The notes beneath the pieces were generated by a model. That model was not told the origin of the DNA, made no database searches, and was given only the letters and a program-made list of their open reading frames with translations. Of a stretch of DNA of 64,000 bases, positions 1 through 11,588 are shown one piece after another. The stretch covers positions 1 through 64,000 of the forward strand of contig JAAILG010000196.1 of NCBI GenBank assembly GCA_012026655.1, written 5' to 3'. This DNA is from Hydrolagus affinis (lineage: Eukaryota). Made by a program: the position numbers and the translations under genes. Every line of letters starts with the position of its first letter. Within the stretch, counting starts at the first letter, position 1.

Positions 1-252
1 GGACAGAGGGGGCAAGTAGGCTGGAGCCCACTGAGGGAAGGAAGGTTGGGGAGAGCAAGGCCATGGAGGACTTCAAAGTGAGGACCGGGATCTTGACTGT
101 ATCTGTTCAATAAGTTGCATCCAGAGCCACTGTTACTTGTTAGGCTTGTGGACAGGAGAGTGCCCCCAAATCAGAGTGGAGATAGATATGTGTTTGCATG
201 TGATGTGGATATTGTGCTAGTTGGAAAGAATAGGGAGGAGGGAAAAAATATA

Positions 253-565
253 TAATAATACTAATCCTTGCATTTGATATGGCACTTTTCATGTCTTCCA
301 GACAGAAGTTTCAAAGCGCTTCACAGAATGTACTGTAAAGTGAATTGACTGTATATTTGTGGGTGAAACGCGGCAGCCAGTTGCGCACAGCAGTGTCCCC
401 ACAAACAGTCGTGGATTGAAATGACCAATTTTATTATTGTGTTTTTTGGAGTGATTATTATTAGGCGTGTGGAGTAAGGAAACTTACCCAAGGTTTTGCC
501 CTGGATTCGAACACAGGTCCCACGCTTGTAAGGCGAAGGCTCTAACCACTGAGCTACAGGACTCC
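253..565 (-). mobile_element. tRNA-derived SINE (Deu-like core, L2-like tail), near full length
   Basis: Reverse complement has the A box tagctcagtggttag, B box gttcgaatcc, core gtgggacactgctgtgcgcaa.tggctgccgcg and a tail ending gcaagga(tta)n; shared with more than 10 copies in the window. Confidence 0.9.
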
Positions 566-724
566 ACTCCAAAACAAACCTTCCATCTGCACAGCACGTA
601 ACAAGCAGATTCTGTTTTATTGAAGCCTGCATTTGTCAGGGGGGTATTTATTGTACGTGCTTTTGAATGACAGCAAAATAATTGAATTTTTTTTCACCAT
701 TAGCTATTAGCTATTCCATATAAG

Positions 725-1027
725 GGAAGGAAAGCCATGGCAACAGAAGAATACCAGGAAGAAGATGCGTTTTGTTTCAATGTGGGAGGCTGGTTCTTCT
801 CTGTCCCCAAATCAAAGCTTTCACAATTCCAAGACTCTGTGCTATGGCAAGAAGCTTCGAGCCTTGCTCTGTCTGAAGAAGCCAGGCTTTTCATCGACCG
901 AGATGGATATACGTTTCGTCATGTCCACTATTACTTGCACACATCGAAGCTCTCTTTCTCCTGCTTCTCAGAAATTAGACTGCTGTATGAGCAAGCAACC
1001 GTTATGTGTCTGACATCGTTACAGCAG
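725..1027 (+). CDS. KCTD19: KCTD19 exon, N-terminal BTB domain (in-frame ATG at 737)
   Basis: Acceptor tataag|GGA at 724/725 is in frame with ATG 737. Encodes [38 protein letters not shown]. Donor gtatta at 1028. Confidence 0.92.
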
Positions 1028-1700
1028 GTATTAGCTGTTTAGGAACCGTATAGCTGGACGCACAATGTAACACTGGGTGAATCAGCAGTCCTTACTCTTG
1101 ACGTTTGAAATTATTAATTATGTTTTTCTGAAGACAGCTTTTGTAGAAAGTGTGCGCTTATAAAAGGGGATGTCTTTCATTGCGTTTGTGAAGGTTTTGT
1201 CACCGAGTTGATATGTGTTAAACACCTGCATGATAAAACATCTCCCACAGACCTACGTTAGGAGTAAGAGCTTTTGATTCACCCTGTAGAGTTGGCCGAG
1301 TATACGGTAGTACTGTACACTTTTATGCTAACACTTTGCTCCTTGTAGAGAGTGTCTCCTCGAGATTTCAGCCTGTGGTCCTCAAGACTTCCAGCCTGTG
1401 GTCCTCGGGATGGCTGTGGTCCAGAGAAGGACCCTATCTCTGTGTACTGATGTGCCGATTTGCAAACCATCAGAACCAACTTGCGACCAGTAACAGGATA
1501 ATGTCCTTGTGTAGGCAGGAACTCTGGTTTGGATGCTTTCAAGGTGTAAGATAGTGATGGGTTTCCTTCCGTGTGTATCAAAAAAAATGGAGTGTTTCAT
1601 TTACTTAGAGCTAATTATATACACTGGAAAAAAACATTTGTTGTTGTTGTTGAGACATTTTTGTAACGTGTGCTGGTAATGTACCATCTTACTTTAATAG

Positions 1701-1848
1701 GCTTTGGATAATATGAAGGAGGGGAGGCATCATTTGCGTATACGTCCTGCGGATGTACCCGTCACCAAGAGAGCGAGCAGAAATTACTGGCGGACAAGGT
1801 GTAACAGCAAGCCTTCAGAGTTCCAGATTAAAAGCCCAGCGTTCACAG
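1701..1848 (+). CDS. KCTD19: KCTD19 exon
   Basis: ttaatag|[50 protein letters not shown]|gt; phase 0 to 1. Confidence 0.92.
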
Positions 1849-2076
1849 GTTGTTCCGACGTCCGCACAGACAGTTTCAGCAATTCTCCGTATCGTGCGCA
1901 TTAACCAGCCTCGGTGTAGACTTGTGACGGCTTTCCGCGCCTAGCAAAGCAGAGACAAGTTACTTTTACGCATGGTGGTTTGGTTGCTGGTTACCATTGG
2001 CCAAAGTAATCTAATAGCCCGCCACCCTTATTGTTCTGATCAGAACCTACTAAACAAACCCAAAGGTTGGCTTTCT

Positions 2077-2179
2077 CAAATATACAGTCAATTCACTTTA
2101 CAGTATTCCGTGAAGCGCTTTGAGACGTCTAGAAGACCCGAAAAGCCGCTCTATCGAATGCAAGGAGTGTTATTATTAT
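2077..2179 (+). mobile_element. SINE 3' fragment
   Basis: aaatatacagtcaattcactttacagtattccgtgaagcgctttgagacgtc..tattattat matches the family tail. Confidence 0.8.
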
Positions 2180-2598
2180 GATAGTAATTGAGAGTTAGTT
2201 AAACCCCTGACATGGCTTGACAGGCAAATGCTGCTCAGGTGAGAATGTGGCTTTTTCTGATTGTCTCACTGCCAGCTGGACTAGGCTTCATATAAACCCA
2301 GCCAAAACCAGTAAAACTGTAAAGCCAGGCTCTCAACGAGCAGGAAATCAGGTGTCTGCAGTCCAATGTTCCTTCCTCACAAACTGCAACACAATAGTGC
2401 AGAGCAGGCAAGGCTCATTGTGCAGATGGTAGGAATGCAATCTTTGAATCTATACTCCCTGTGGCTGGTGCGTTCCCCCGCCTGAACCATTGCAAAAAAG
2501 GGATCAAGTATAAATACATTATAATCCATGATAAGTGCACATCTATATTGATTACACTCTTGGTTGTGGGAGAGTAAACTGCCTTTTGTTGCTTTCAG

Positions 2599-2790
2599 GA
2601 TTGCATGATAAGGCTCCGCTGGGGTTGATAGACACCCCACTGCTGGACACTGAGGATGTTGTGCACTGGTATTTCCTCTCTTTAGACCTGGTGAAGAAAC
2701 ACCCGACTTTGATCAATGACGATAACCTCCTGTGGCTGTGTGAGGGAGTGGTCCTCATAGAGATCGGGTGGAGTCATTTCCGATTTATAG
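2599..2790 (+). CDS. KCTD19: KCTD19 exon
   Basis: tttcag|[64 protein letters not shown]|gtattt; phase 1 to 1. Confidence 0.93.
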
Positions 2791-2871
2791 GTATTTATTT
2801 AATCATCGCTTGGTGATGTTATCAAACGGTATTTTTTTTTAAAAAAACGAAAAATGCTCTCATTCAAGACT

Positions 2872-3090
2872 GTGGTGTCCTGTAGCTTAGTGGTTAGAGC
2901 ACTTGAGAAGACCTGAGTTCGATTCCTGGGCAGGGAGAAAGGTGCCAACACATTGGACCAGTTTCCTTACTCTGCGTTTTCGCCCACAAATATACAGTTA
3001 ATTTTCCTACTTTCCTTCCCCAAACTCTGCGAAGCGCTTTGGGACGTCGATAAGACGTGGAAAGCACTATATAAACTTAAGGATTACTTA
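2872..3090 (+). mobile_element. SINE with internal deletion
   Basis: Head tcctgtagcttagtggttagagc..gttcgattcc joins almost directly to tail gcgttttcgcccacaaatatacag..gacgtcgataagacgtgg. Confidence 0.75.
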
Positions 3091-3174
3091 CTTACTTTTC
3101 CTTACATGCCTTTGTTCACTAGAAATAAATCAGAACTCATTTGTTAGTCAATTGACGGATTGCTTTTCCGGGTG

Positions 3175-3337
3175 TAATAATCCCTTCTAAATGAAATGTG
3201 GTCACTTAATCCATGACCGTTTGTGGGACACTGCTGTGCGCAGTTGGCTGCTGCGTTTTGCACACAAAACATACAGTCAATTAATTTTACAGTATATTCT
3301 GTGAAACGCTTTGAGACGTCTCTGTGTTATTATTACT
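3175..3337 (+). mobile_element. SINE core+tail fragment
   Basis: gtgggacactgctgtgcgcagttggctgctgcg..acagtatattctgtgaaacgctttgagacgtc. Confidence 0.8.
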
Positions 3338-3577
3338 TAATGTTAGGTATTGACATTTCTGAAGTAACATTGACATCAAACGGTCGTTGAGACAAACTTG
3401 TCACTTCCTCAGATCAGGCACAAGGTCTCGTTTTTGACCTGAGCATGTTTTATTCCTGAGCAGTGTCAATAAACAAAAACTCTAGTATCCATTCCTGTGC
3501 GTTAAGTAAATAACAGGAGGGAAATCAACAACAACAATAACAACAAAATTACACTTCTATAAAGCCTTTCAGCGAGC

Positions 3578-3806
3578 ACTTTTCACCCAAAGGGTAGTGG
3601 AAATCTGGAACTCTCTTCCCCAGAAAGCTGTGGATACTGGATCAATTCAAGTTTTCAAGACGGAGGTCAAAACTATTTTTTATTAGGTTAGGGTAGCAAG
3701 GGATATGGAGCAGGCAGGTATGTGGAGTTGAGGTACACATCAGACAGGATTTAATAGAATGGAGGAAGAGGCTTGAGGGGCTGAATGGCCTCCTCCTGTT
3801 CCTATG
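3578..3806 (+). mobile_element. CR1-type LINE 3' end
   Basis: gggtagtggaaatctggaactctcttccccagaaagctgtgg..gggctgaatggcctcctcctgttcctatg, a typical CR1 ORF2 end and 3' UTR; related to copies at 10.8, 20.5, 55.2 and 58.9 kb. Confidence 0.75.
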
Positions 3807-4309
3807 CAAACCATTTCTAACCAGAAATTTAGCCCGACCTTTTTTTGAAAAAGATTATTGACTGCTTCTGTGGGACTGTTTCGTTCCAGGGCGTGTGATG
3901 TTGTAAAGAACGGTGAACTGACTTAATTTATGGCATTGATTTGAAATCAGTCTGGGGGCATGGGTCTAAAATTTCTGCTGGGTGTTAGGATTCAATGCTA
4001 TGTTTTAAAACTAATTAAAGAACAGTGACCCATAGCATCGAATTGGTGCTTGAATTGTCATTTAGTCCTTCCTGGATCTTGCTCATCATGATTGATCCAG
4101 GACAGTAGGTATTGGCAGAGTTGATTGAGAGTTATATAACTCGGTTCAATAGTGTCCTCACCAGCTCCCACACGCCCACATCCCTTGCATGGAAACCTTT
4201 CTGTACTTCATTAATGTTTTAATGTTAACTAAGGACAGCGTAATTCTGCACTTTGCGAGGTTAGTTAGCACTAAATTTGAATCATAAATGTGGTTCATAT
4301 ATTTTCTAG

Positions 4310-4441
4310 CAAACTTCCTTCAGACTGGGAAGCTCCTTGTGCCCAAGAAATTTTCCGAGCTCGATGGTCTTGTGAACGAGGCCGAGAACTTGCGACTTCC
4401 AGAGCTTGTTAAAGCCGTGAAATCATACAGGGTGGATGTTG
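4310..4441 (+). CDS. KCTD19: KCTD19 exon (not in ORF track)
   Basis: ttctag|ANFLQTGKLLVPKKFSELDGLVNEAENLRLPELVKAVKSYRVDV-G|gtgagt; phase 1 to 1. Confidence 0.9.
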
Positions 4442-4877
4442 GTGAGTGTACAGCAGAGTTCTTATAATCTGTGGGGTATTGAGAGCAAAATATGTTGAAA
4501 CACAACCCACTTGACTTAGCTCCAGTTGGGTTCCTCATAAATGTTAAATAGATTGATATCTCAATCTAACAGATTCAACAGGCAATCAATAGGCTCTAAA
4601 CATCTGTGAGCCATGAACACAAATATTCGCATTGTAACCTATTTTGATGTGTGCAGTGTGTGTCTACCTGGACAGACACGACTGCCTTAACTATCTCACA
4701 CACGTTATCATGCCATGACATTACTGTGGCAATCAAAAAGAGGCAATCACTTGTGATTACTAGTTTATCTGAAGGAATGTTCATCTCCGTCTATTAATAC
4801 TGTATATAATGCGTACCATGAGTCCTCCTGCTCGTAGACTGAACGCAATGATTTGATCGGCATCTCTTTGTTTACAG

Positions 4878-5100
4878 GTGACAATGCTAGAGATATCGCA
4901 AGTCCAATCAGTTCTTTGCACTCCACTGAAGGTCGCTGTAACCGTGTGTGCAATACTGCAGAGAAGCCATTGTACGTCCTTGTGCTGGAATTGTTAGTTA
5001 AATACCCGGATTCAGCATTGGGACAACTCTGCATTGAGAGCAGCCTCAATGGGATGAAACTATATATTTTTGGCAACGGTGTTCTTTTTAAACACGTCAG
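4878..5100 (+). CDS. KCTD19: KCTD19 exon
   Basis: ttacag|[52 protein letters not shown]|gtactt; phase 1 to 2. Confidence 0.92.
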
Positions 5101-5728
5101 GTACTTATATCATCTCTTAATGTCTGCAGTAAATAGACGTTAAGTCAATAAAACGACAATGTGACAAGTCTTTTAATTCATTCTTAGGAATTAATAATCA
5201 GCAAAAAAAGAGAGGAACGCAAGTATAAAGGCTCTCTCACTGTGTGGGATGGTTGCCTCTGTGTATGTGTGTGTGTGTGTGAGTTTCCCTCTCTTCCCCC
5301 CCACCATCACCTCTTGGTGTGTGTGTGTGTATCTCTTTTTCTCTTTCTCTGTCTACTTCACCCTCCCCTCCCCCATAGTATATAATGTCTGGAAAACCTC
5401 CACTTATATACAGTATGTATATTTAATATATATAGCAACTTTGTATTTTACTGTAAGAAACTTATTTGTTTATTTGCATGTATTGCAGTACAGTGTGAAG
5501 TTTAACCCACTGATTTGACGCCACTCAATTGCAGACTAACAAAAATGCTTAATTGTTTGTAGCGTGTATGTACAGAAAGTGACAAATGGCCACAGGATTG
5601 TCTGGTTAGGTTGACGAACAAAACATCCAAACATTGGCTGTGTACCTTTTGGATTAGTTTTTTAGTTTGGCTTTGCTGTAAGCAGTGTTGATCCGAGTGG
5701 CAATGTTATTTGTCATTTGTGTTTGCAG

Positions 5729-5898
5729 AAGCTGGCTGGGAACCTGCCGCCTGCCTTTAACTGAAGACGCCTCCCAGATGGGTGCGGTGTGTGTCTACCT
5801 GGACAGACACGACTGCCTGTACCGCCCTGTAAAAGATGCCATGCGACTGTACTTACAGAAACGAAAGAGCGAGACCCTTGGCCCAGGCTTCACTATGA
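5729..5898 (+). CDS. KCTD19: KCTD19 exon
   Basis: ttgcag|SWLGTCRLPLTEDASQMGAVCVYLDRHDCLYRPVKDAMRLYLQKRKSETLGPGFTM|gtgagt; phase 2 to 1. Confidence 0.9.
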
Positions 5899-6081
5899 GT
5901 GAGTTTGATTGAAATACTTGTCAATGGAGAGCCTCTCCCCGGTTCACAATGGGAGTCACGGTCGCTCTCTCCAGCTTTTTGTTGCCCCAGTTCCATATTG
6001 CAGACCTCATGGTTCATTCTTAATGAACGCTGTGCCGATAGTATTGTTATTGTACTAAAACATATACGTTTAACAGCTATA

Positions 6082-6391
6082 ATATAATAATATAATCCTT
6101 ATATTTGATAAAGCGCTATATCAAAGTGCTTCACAGAATGAACTGTAAAGTGAATTGACTGTATATTTGTGGGTGAAACGCGGCAGCCAGTCGCGCACAG
6201 CAGTGTCCCACAAACAGTCATGGATTTAAATGACCAATTTTGTTATTGTGGTTTTTTTTGGGGGGGAGGAATTATTATTAGGCGTGTGGAGTAAGGAAAC
6301 TTGCCCAAGATTTTGCCCTGACCTGCCTGGATTTGAACACAGGTCTCACACTTGTAAGGCGAGTGCTCTAACCACTGAGCTACAGGACTCC
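6082..6391 (-). mobile_element. SINE, near full length
   Basis: Same head, core and tail as the 253-565 copy. Confidence 0.9.
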
Positions 6392-6698
6392 TACAGCTGT
6401 CAGCATCACGCACAGCATTGGTAAATGTGCTGAGAGTCTATGTGTGAGCCCACAGAAATTGGTGAAGCATTTACACGTAAGAACATTAACATTGACTTGG
6501 CCGCTGAAAATAGTGTCTGTATATCGGCTGTGTTTTTTATTAAGTGTGTCCACTGGTTGCATTAGACAAGTGGTTGCTGAACAGAGGTGGTTTGTTGTGA
6601 AAAATTGGTCAGGACTGTACCGGGGTGGTTGCTGACTGTAGTCGGTTGCTGAGTAGAGATTGTTTGACGGCAACTTCTTTCCGATGTGTTTATTTAAG

Positions 6699-6811
6699 GC
6701 GCGGTGGAGGACAGCTGGACACCTGAGGTGGATATCCATACTCTTCACCAGATCGTGAAGGTTTATGTGGGAAACTATTGGTACGCCACTTACCTGAAGA
6801 CCTTTCTGAAG
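6699..6811 (+). CDS. KCTD19: KCTD19 exon (start of a further BTB-like domain; not in ORF track)
   Basis: tttaag|SAVEDSWTPEVDIHTLHQIVKVYVGNYWYATYLKTFLK|gtaact; phase 1 to 0. Confidence 0.9.
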
Positions 6812-6954
6812 GTAACTCAATACAGTTGTGTCTCCTCTTTTATGTAACCAATCCTGTGTGTCGTCATTGCCATTGACCATAGCCCTGCTTCATAAGTTAT
6901 TTTATCATAGAATAAATGTAACCAACATTGATGCTTTGATCCGTTTGCCTCGCT

Positions 6955-7151
6955 TCCTCCCTTGCCTCCTTCAAGACCCTCCTCTTCGAGCGTGCTGCCC
7001 TCCTCACTCTCTCCCTCCCCCCCTAACTCTCTCCCCCTCCCCCCTACCCTTTGCTACCCCCTCTCCCTTCCTCGGGTCCTGACCTGACTGTTCAGCGCCT
7101 TGGAGCATTCTCCCAACGTGAAATCGCACTATAATTGTAATTTTGTTGTTG
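6955..7151 (+). mobile_element. L2-type LINE 3' end
   Basis: C-rich tract then ctgttcagcgccttggagcattctcccaacgtgaaatcgcactataattgtaattttgttgttg; a second tail lies at about 7620-7712. Confidence 0.7.
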
Positions 7152-7421
7152 ATCAAACCAATAAAATAGGAGAAACACCCAAATGAAGCAACAGGGGGGT
7201 AAAACACATAGTTAAAAATAATATTTAACTTGGCTGTTAAATGTTCTTGTAGTTACCGGTTGTTTAATAGAGAGCGTCTTTCACTTGATAGCTTTCTGTA
7301 GTAGCTTTTTGTTACCCCAGTTCCATTATTCCTGACCTCATGAGTTTAGGTAACAAACTTCTGGTTTATTTTTAATGGATACTGTAGCAGTAATTTTGGT
7401 ATCCATACTAAAATAACTCTT

Positions 7422-7445
7422 TCTCTCTCTCTCTCTCTCTCTCTC
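7422..7445. repeat. (CT)n microsatellite
   Basis: Direct inspection. Confidence 0.9.
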
Positions 7446-7781
7446 AGTCACTATGTAGTGTAGGATGACTGGAGTGTGCTTCAGTCTAATTGCTGTTTTG
7501 TTGGGAGTTTTAATTTTGAACATTAAGAATAAATGTACAAAATCAAAGCGCTATTCATATTTTGAAATGAATTGTCGACTTAGACTTTGTTTTCAACTAG
7601 CTCAGCAGTACCTCCCCCACACCTCCCCCATGCTCTGACACCCGACTGTTCAGCGCCTTGGGACATCCTCCCATGAAAGGCGGTCTACAAAGGTAATTGT
7701 GTTGTTGTTGTTGAATGCTGTAAAGTAAATGTGGAAATTGAATGTTACGTTGAAGTACATTACATTTTTATAAGTAAATTT

Positions 7782-8099
7782 GGGAGTCCTGCAGCTCAGT
7801 GGTTGGAACATTTGCCTTACAAGTGGGAAACCTGGGTTCCGGGTCAGGGCGAAACCTTGGGCAAGTTTGCTTATTCCACACGCCTAATAATAGTCCCTCA
7901 GAAAAACAAGCAATAATAAATTGGTCATTTAAATCCACGACTGTTTGTGGGATACTCAAGTCTGCTGAGCGCAATTGGCTGCTGCGTTTTGCCCACAAAT
8001 ATACAGTCAATTCACTTTTTACAGTATATTCTGTGAAGAGGCTTTGAGACGCCTAGAAGACGTGAAAAGTGCTATATTAAATGCAAGGACTATTATTAT
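7782..8099 (+). mobile_element. SINE, near full length
   Basis: ggagtcctgcagctcagtggttgga..gggcaagtttgcttattccacacgcc..gcaaggactattattat. Confidence 0.9.
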
Positions 8100-8241
8100 C
8101 TTGGGAAATTGATGCACATTCAGGGTGTTTGTTTGTTTGATCTGAAATAGTTGCTGATCTTGACCTAATGTCCTGACATAATGTTTTTTTTGTAAATTGT
8201 GGCCTAATTGGATTATATCTGCCTTGACCTTTGCCTGTCAG

Positions 8242-8384
8242 TATCCAGAGCTCCTAGCGAATCCTAACAAAGCGCAATGGATTGCGTACGGCAAGACCCT
8301 TTTCATCAATGGGGACGGTCAGATGTTCAGGCATATCATCAACTTCTTGAGGCTTGACAAACTGTACATCCCTTCAGGATTCAA
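8242..8384 (+). CDS. KCTD19: KCTD19 exon
   Basis: tgtcag|[48 protein letters not shown]|gtgaga; phase 0 to 2. Confidence 0.93.
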
Positions 8385-8609
8385 GTGAGAGTATGGCATT
8401 TACAGTCATGGAGTGTGAATGTTACAGTAGACATAGTAAGATCAACCAAACGCTGCTGGATCGCAGCACGACAGGCTGTTACATCAGAATACTGGGGGCC
8501 AGCAAAGCACAGTTTGCGTTGGTGCTGAGAAACTGCACATTTGCAGCAAAAATGTGGAATGTATTACTTAATTGCACGCTGGGATCTCTGACATGATTTG
8601 CGGAGGTGC

Positions 8610-8790
8610 TGTCCTTCGCGTGAGAGGTTGAGCCGAGGTCCTGTCTGCTTGTGCAGGTGGACTTTAAGATCCCAATGGCACAACTCGAAAAGGTGTCGTG
8701 CCACAACCCTCCAGATTGATTGGTGATTTGCCTAATTGCTGTTTGTAGATCCTATTTTGCGCAGACCGGCTGTGGCGTTTACCAACAACT
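8610..8790 (+). mobile_element. Older DeuSINE-like relic
   Basis: tgagaggttgagccgaggtcctgtctgc..caggtggactttaagatcccaatggcac..gctgtttgtagatc; related relics at 42405-42640 (-), 45045-45305 (+) and 56820-57135 (-). Confidence 0.55.
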
Positions 8791-8998
8791 AGTGGTTACC
8801 CGTGACAGCAATTGCCTTCTGGACTGCTTTTTGACATTCAATGCTGGGGGTTAAACACAAAGATGATCCCTATTGTAGCTTCTGTTTTATAAAAGCGAAG
8901 TGATCGCGCCGTGCTTTATACACAATAAATGTCGCACCTAACGATGCTACGTGGCTGATGAATTATTTATCATTTATCTTCATTTCAAACCGCTTTAG

Positions 8999-9082
8999 AG
9001 AATGGCAATTACTGTGTCAAGAAATCGAGGACTGTAAAATTCCTGCCCTTTCTGAAGCCATGCGTCAGTGCGAGTCCTACAG
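8999..9082 (+). CDS. KCTD19: KCTD19 exon
   Basis: ctttag|EWQLLCQEIEDCKIPALSEAMRQCESY-R|gtaaat; phase 2 to 2. Confidence 0.9.
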
Positions 9083-9286
9083 GTAAATTAAGCCAATTAG
9101 TAAATTAACTTCAATCGCATCTCAAACATTGTTCATTCACCTCTTGGCGATTTGTTTGGCTTTGCTGTGGTTCAAACTGGTTGCTGCGTTCACTTACAAA
9201 ATACACGGTCACTACATTATCCAGTGTGTAATATAATATAATAGCTGGATGTGATTGAGCAATCTGAAATGCAAGGCTTGTTCTTC

Positions 9287-9373
9287 ATAAAACAAAAGCA
9301 GAAGTCACTGGGAACACTCAGTGGGTCAGGCAGCATCTATGGATTTCCAGCATCTGCAGTATTTTGCGTTTTT
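9287..9373. mobile_element. Fragment of the Penelope-like inverted-repeat family
   Basis: ctgggaacactcagtgggtcaggcagcatctatgga fused to the opposite-orientation arm tttccagcatctgcagtattttgcgtttt. Confidence 0.6.
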
Positions 9374-9691
9374 ATTCTTTATAAATCCTGTGGAATTGCC
9401 ATCTTGGGGGTGTTTCGGAGCAAGAAATAGTTGAAATTGTCACTGTATCTCCTCATGGGTTAAGTTTCACAATAAACAATATTAATCCTTGCATGTGGTG
9501 CAGTGTCTCATCACGTCTTCGGGACGTCTTAAAATGTCTTCACAGGATATATCTTAAAGGGAATTGACTGAATATTCTGTTGGCCAAAGCATGGCAACCA
9601 GTTACGTCAATGTTGCAAGTAGAATGTTTGAAGCATTGCTGACTGTCTGTTCGAATTTGAATTCAAGCACGAGGTTTATTCATTCATTTAG

Positions 9692-9800
9692 AATGTGGTG
9701 CGGAGAAAACGATGCAGAAAGTGTTGCGTCGATCTCGTCAGTGGAATCCAGTGCGGGTTTCGAAGAGGAGGAGAATGCTTTGGATCGGCTCGTACAGAAG
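9692..9800 (+). CDS. KCTD19: KCTD19 exon
   Basis: atttag|MWCGENDAESVASISSVESSAGFEEEENALDRLVQK|gtattc; phase 2 to 0. The donor is less certain. Confidence 0.7.
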
Positions 9801-10221
9801 GTATTCTGTTTTACTCTTGAAGTTCAGGTTAAACTAACTCGGGGGTACAGTGAGGGTGAACACTGACCTTTTTATTCAAATACCTTTATATTTTGGTGAA
9901 TGTAGGAAATGTGGGTTTAAACACTCCTGAGACACCGTCCAGCGTGAAAAGCACCACTAAATAAAATCAATCTAAAATTGTTGTTGTTTCAACAAAAGTT
10001 TCATATTTTGTTTGTATTGGTCCTGAATATGGCAAACAGTCACATCCACAATGGTAACCACATTTTCTCTCTGACCTGCTGAGTGATGTGCTGCCAAGCT
10101 CCTCTGCTTTATCTGCTTACACTTTGATAAGTTACTGTGGGCAAGTACAAGGTTTACTTTACAAAAGCCGTGAATTTTAAGAGGAAGCCTGACCTTCACG
10201 TGAGGGAGAGGGGAAAACAGT

Positions 10222-10605
10222 AACAACAACAAAAAAATGACATTTGTATAGCGCCTTTCACGTCAGGAGGACGTCCCAAGGCGCTGGACAGTTATTGCTT
10301 CAGGCCCGAGCTGAGAACACGGTGTGGGGAGGGAAGGAGTTGCCGATGGGTCCATCGAAGAGGAGAGTCTTGAGGCGAGACTTGAAGGAGGCCAGGGAGG
10401 GGGCGAGGCGGGGGGACTTTGGGATGGAGTTCCAGAGGTTGGGAGCAGAGTGACTGAAGGCTCGTCCGCCAATGGTTGGGTGGGTGGGTTGGGGGACGTG
10501 GAGCAGGCCAGAGCCTGCTGAGCGGAGGGGGCGGGCAGGGGTTGGTAAGGGGATAAGAGGTCACGGATGTAGGGCGGGGCGAGGTTGTGGAGGGCTTTAA
10601 ATGTG
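10222..10605 (-). mobile_element. L2-type LINE 3' fragment
   Basis: (aac)n tail plus tatagcgcctttcacgtcaggaggacgtcccaaggcgct, then a G-rich body strongly similar to 46021-46345. Confidence 0.8.
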
Positions 10606-10811
10606 AAAAGATGGTGTGTCAGGGTGTGGGAAGGGAACGGAGACCGGTGCGGAGTATAAACACCGGGAAGGACAAGTTATGACACGTTTCCACGCTGTAC
10701 ATTCTTTATAAATCTGCGAAGAACCAGTTATTCTTTTGAGGCTTATACTGACTGGCAATGGTGCCACCTGCTGGTATCTGTACAATTGTGTTACAAATAA
10801 ATTTATGGATA

Positions 10812-10942
10812 AAGGATTAAATTTATGGATTAAGGGATATGGGGATAAGGCGAGTTAGATTAGAAGATCAGCCATGATCTTATTGAATAGCGGGGCAGGC
10901 TCGTGGGGCCGAATGCCTACTGCTCCTTATTCTTATGTTCTT
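10812..10942 (+). mobile_element. CR1-type 3' end
   Basis: agggatatgggg..gatcagccatgatcttattgaatagcggggcaggctcgtggggccgaatgcctactgctcc..tcttatgttctt. Confidence 0.75.
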
Positions 10943-11187
10943 AAACCAAATTTGTCCAGAAACATTTTTCACAACACAAGTCTGGATAAGTCTCTCTCTT
11001 GGGAAGATCACCCAATCACCCACCCTTCCTCTTGAATTTGTTTTCATTCTGTGATTGAACCCAACCCTGTGAGTTAAAGCTTTAAAATTAAACCAATTCC
11101 TCTCCTTGCATTGTGCACGCTTTAACAATACACGGCTAATTCAGAATAACCTCGGACACCAAAGCACCAATAATTTTACATGTTAAG

Positions 11188-11588
11188 GAATGGAAATCCA
11201 GAAACCTGGAACAGATTTTATTTTTTGCCGTGCGAGGATCACCAGGATGTTTCTAAAGATAAACTGCCTCAGCATTTAATAACGTGGTTCAATTCGGATC
11301 TTTCACAGAAAAGGAACGACCTTGTAATCGGAACCGATAAATCTTCCGGTCTGGAAATGAAGCCAAGCGTTTGGGACCAGTTTGATCCCAGCGGAAACAA
11401 GTTACAGTGCATAGTTAACCCGACAGTGAGATCAGAATTGATTGGACAAACCAAGGCTGACCAGGAGAAGCTCTCGATTGCTAACTTCCCTGTCACAATG
11501 TTAACAGCCGAGGATTCTGCAAAGCAAGGCCTGATTGGTGCTGATAGCTGTTTACAGTGTAATTTTATGAGCACATCAATATGGAATG
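11188..11588 (+). CDS. KCTD19: KCTD19 exon, poorly conserved linker region (start uncertain: 11188 or 11246)
   Basis: Long open frame NGNPETW..SIWN with strong donor G|gtgagc at 11589. The acceptor at 11187 needs phase 2; a phase-0 acceptor cag exists at 11245. Confidence 0.6.

Noticed and set aside
321-632. Recurrent peptides such as KLVISIHDCLW and YSQFTLQYIL in several ORFs
   Set aside because: Translations of the same SINE family, not a protein family.
6380-6880. 166-aa - strand ORF
   Set aside because: Antisense to KCTD19 exon 6699-6811; no independent support.
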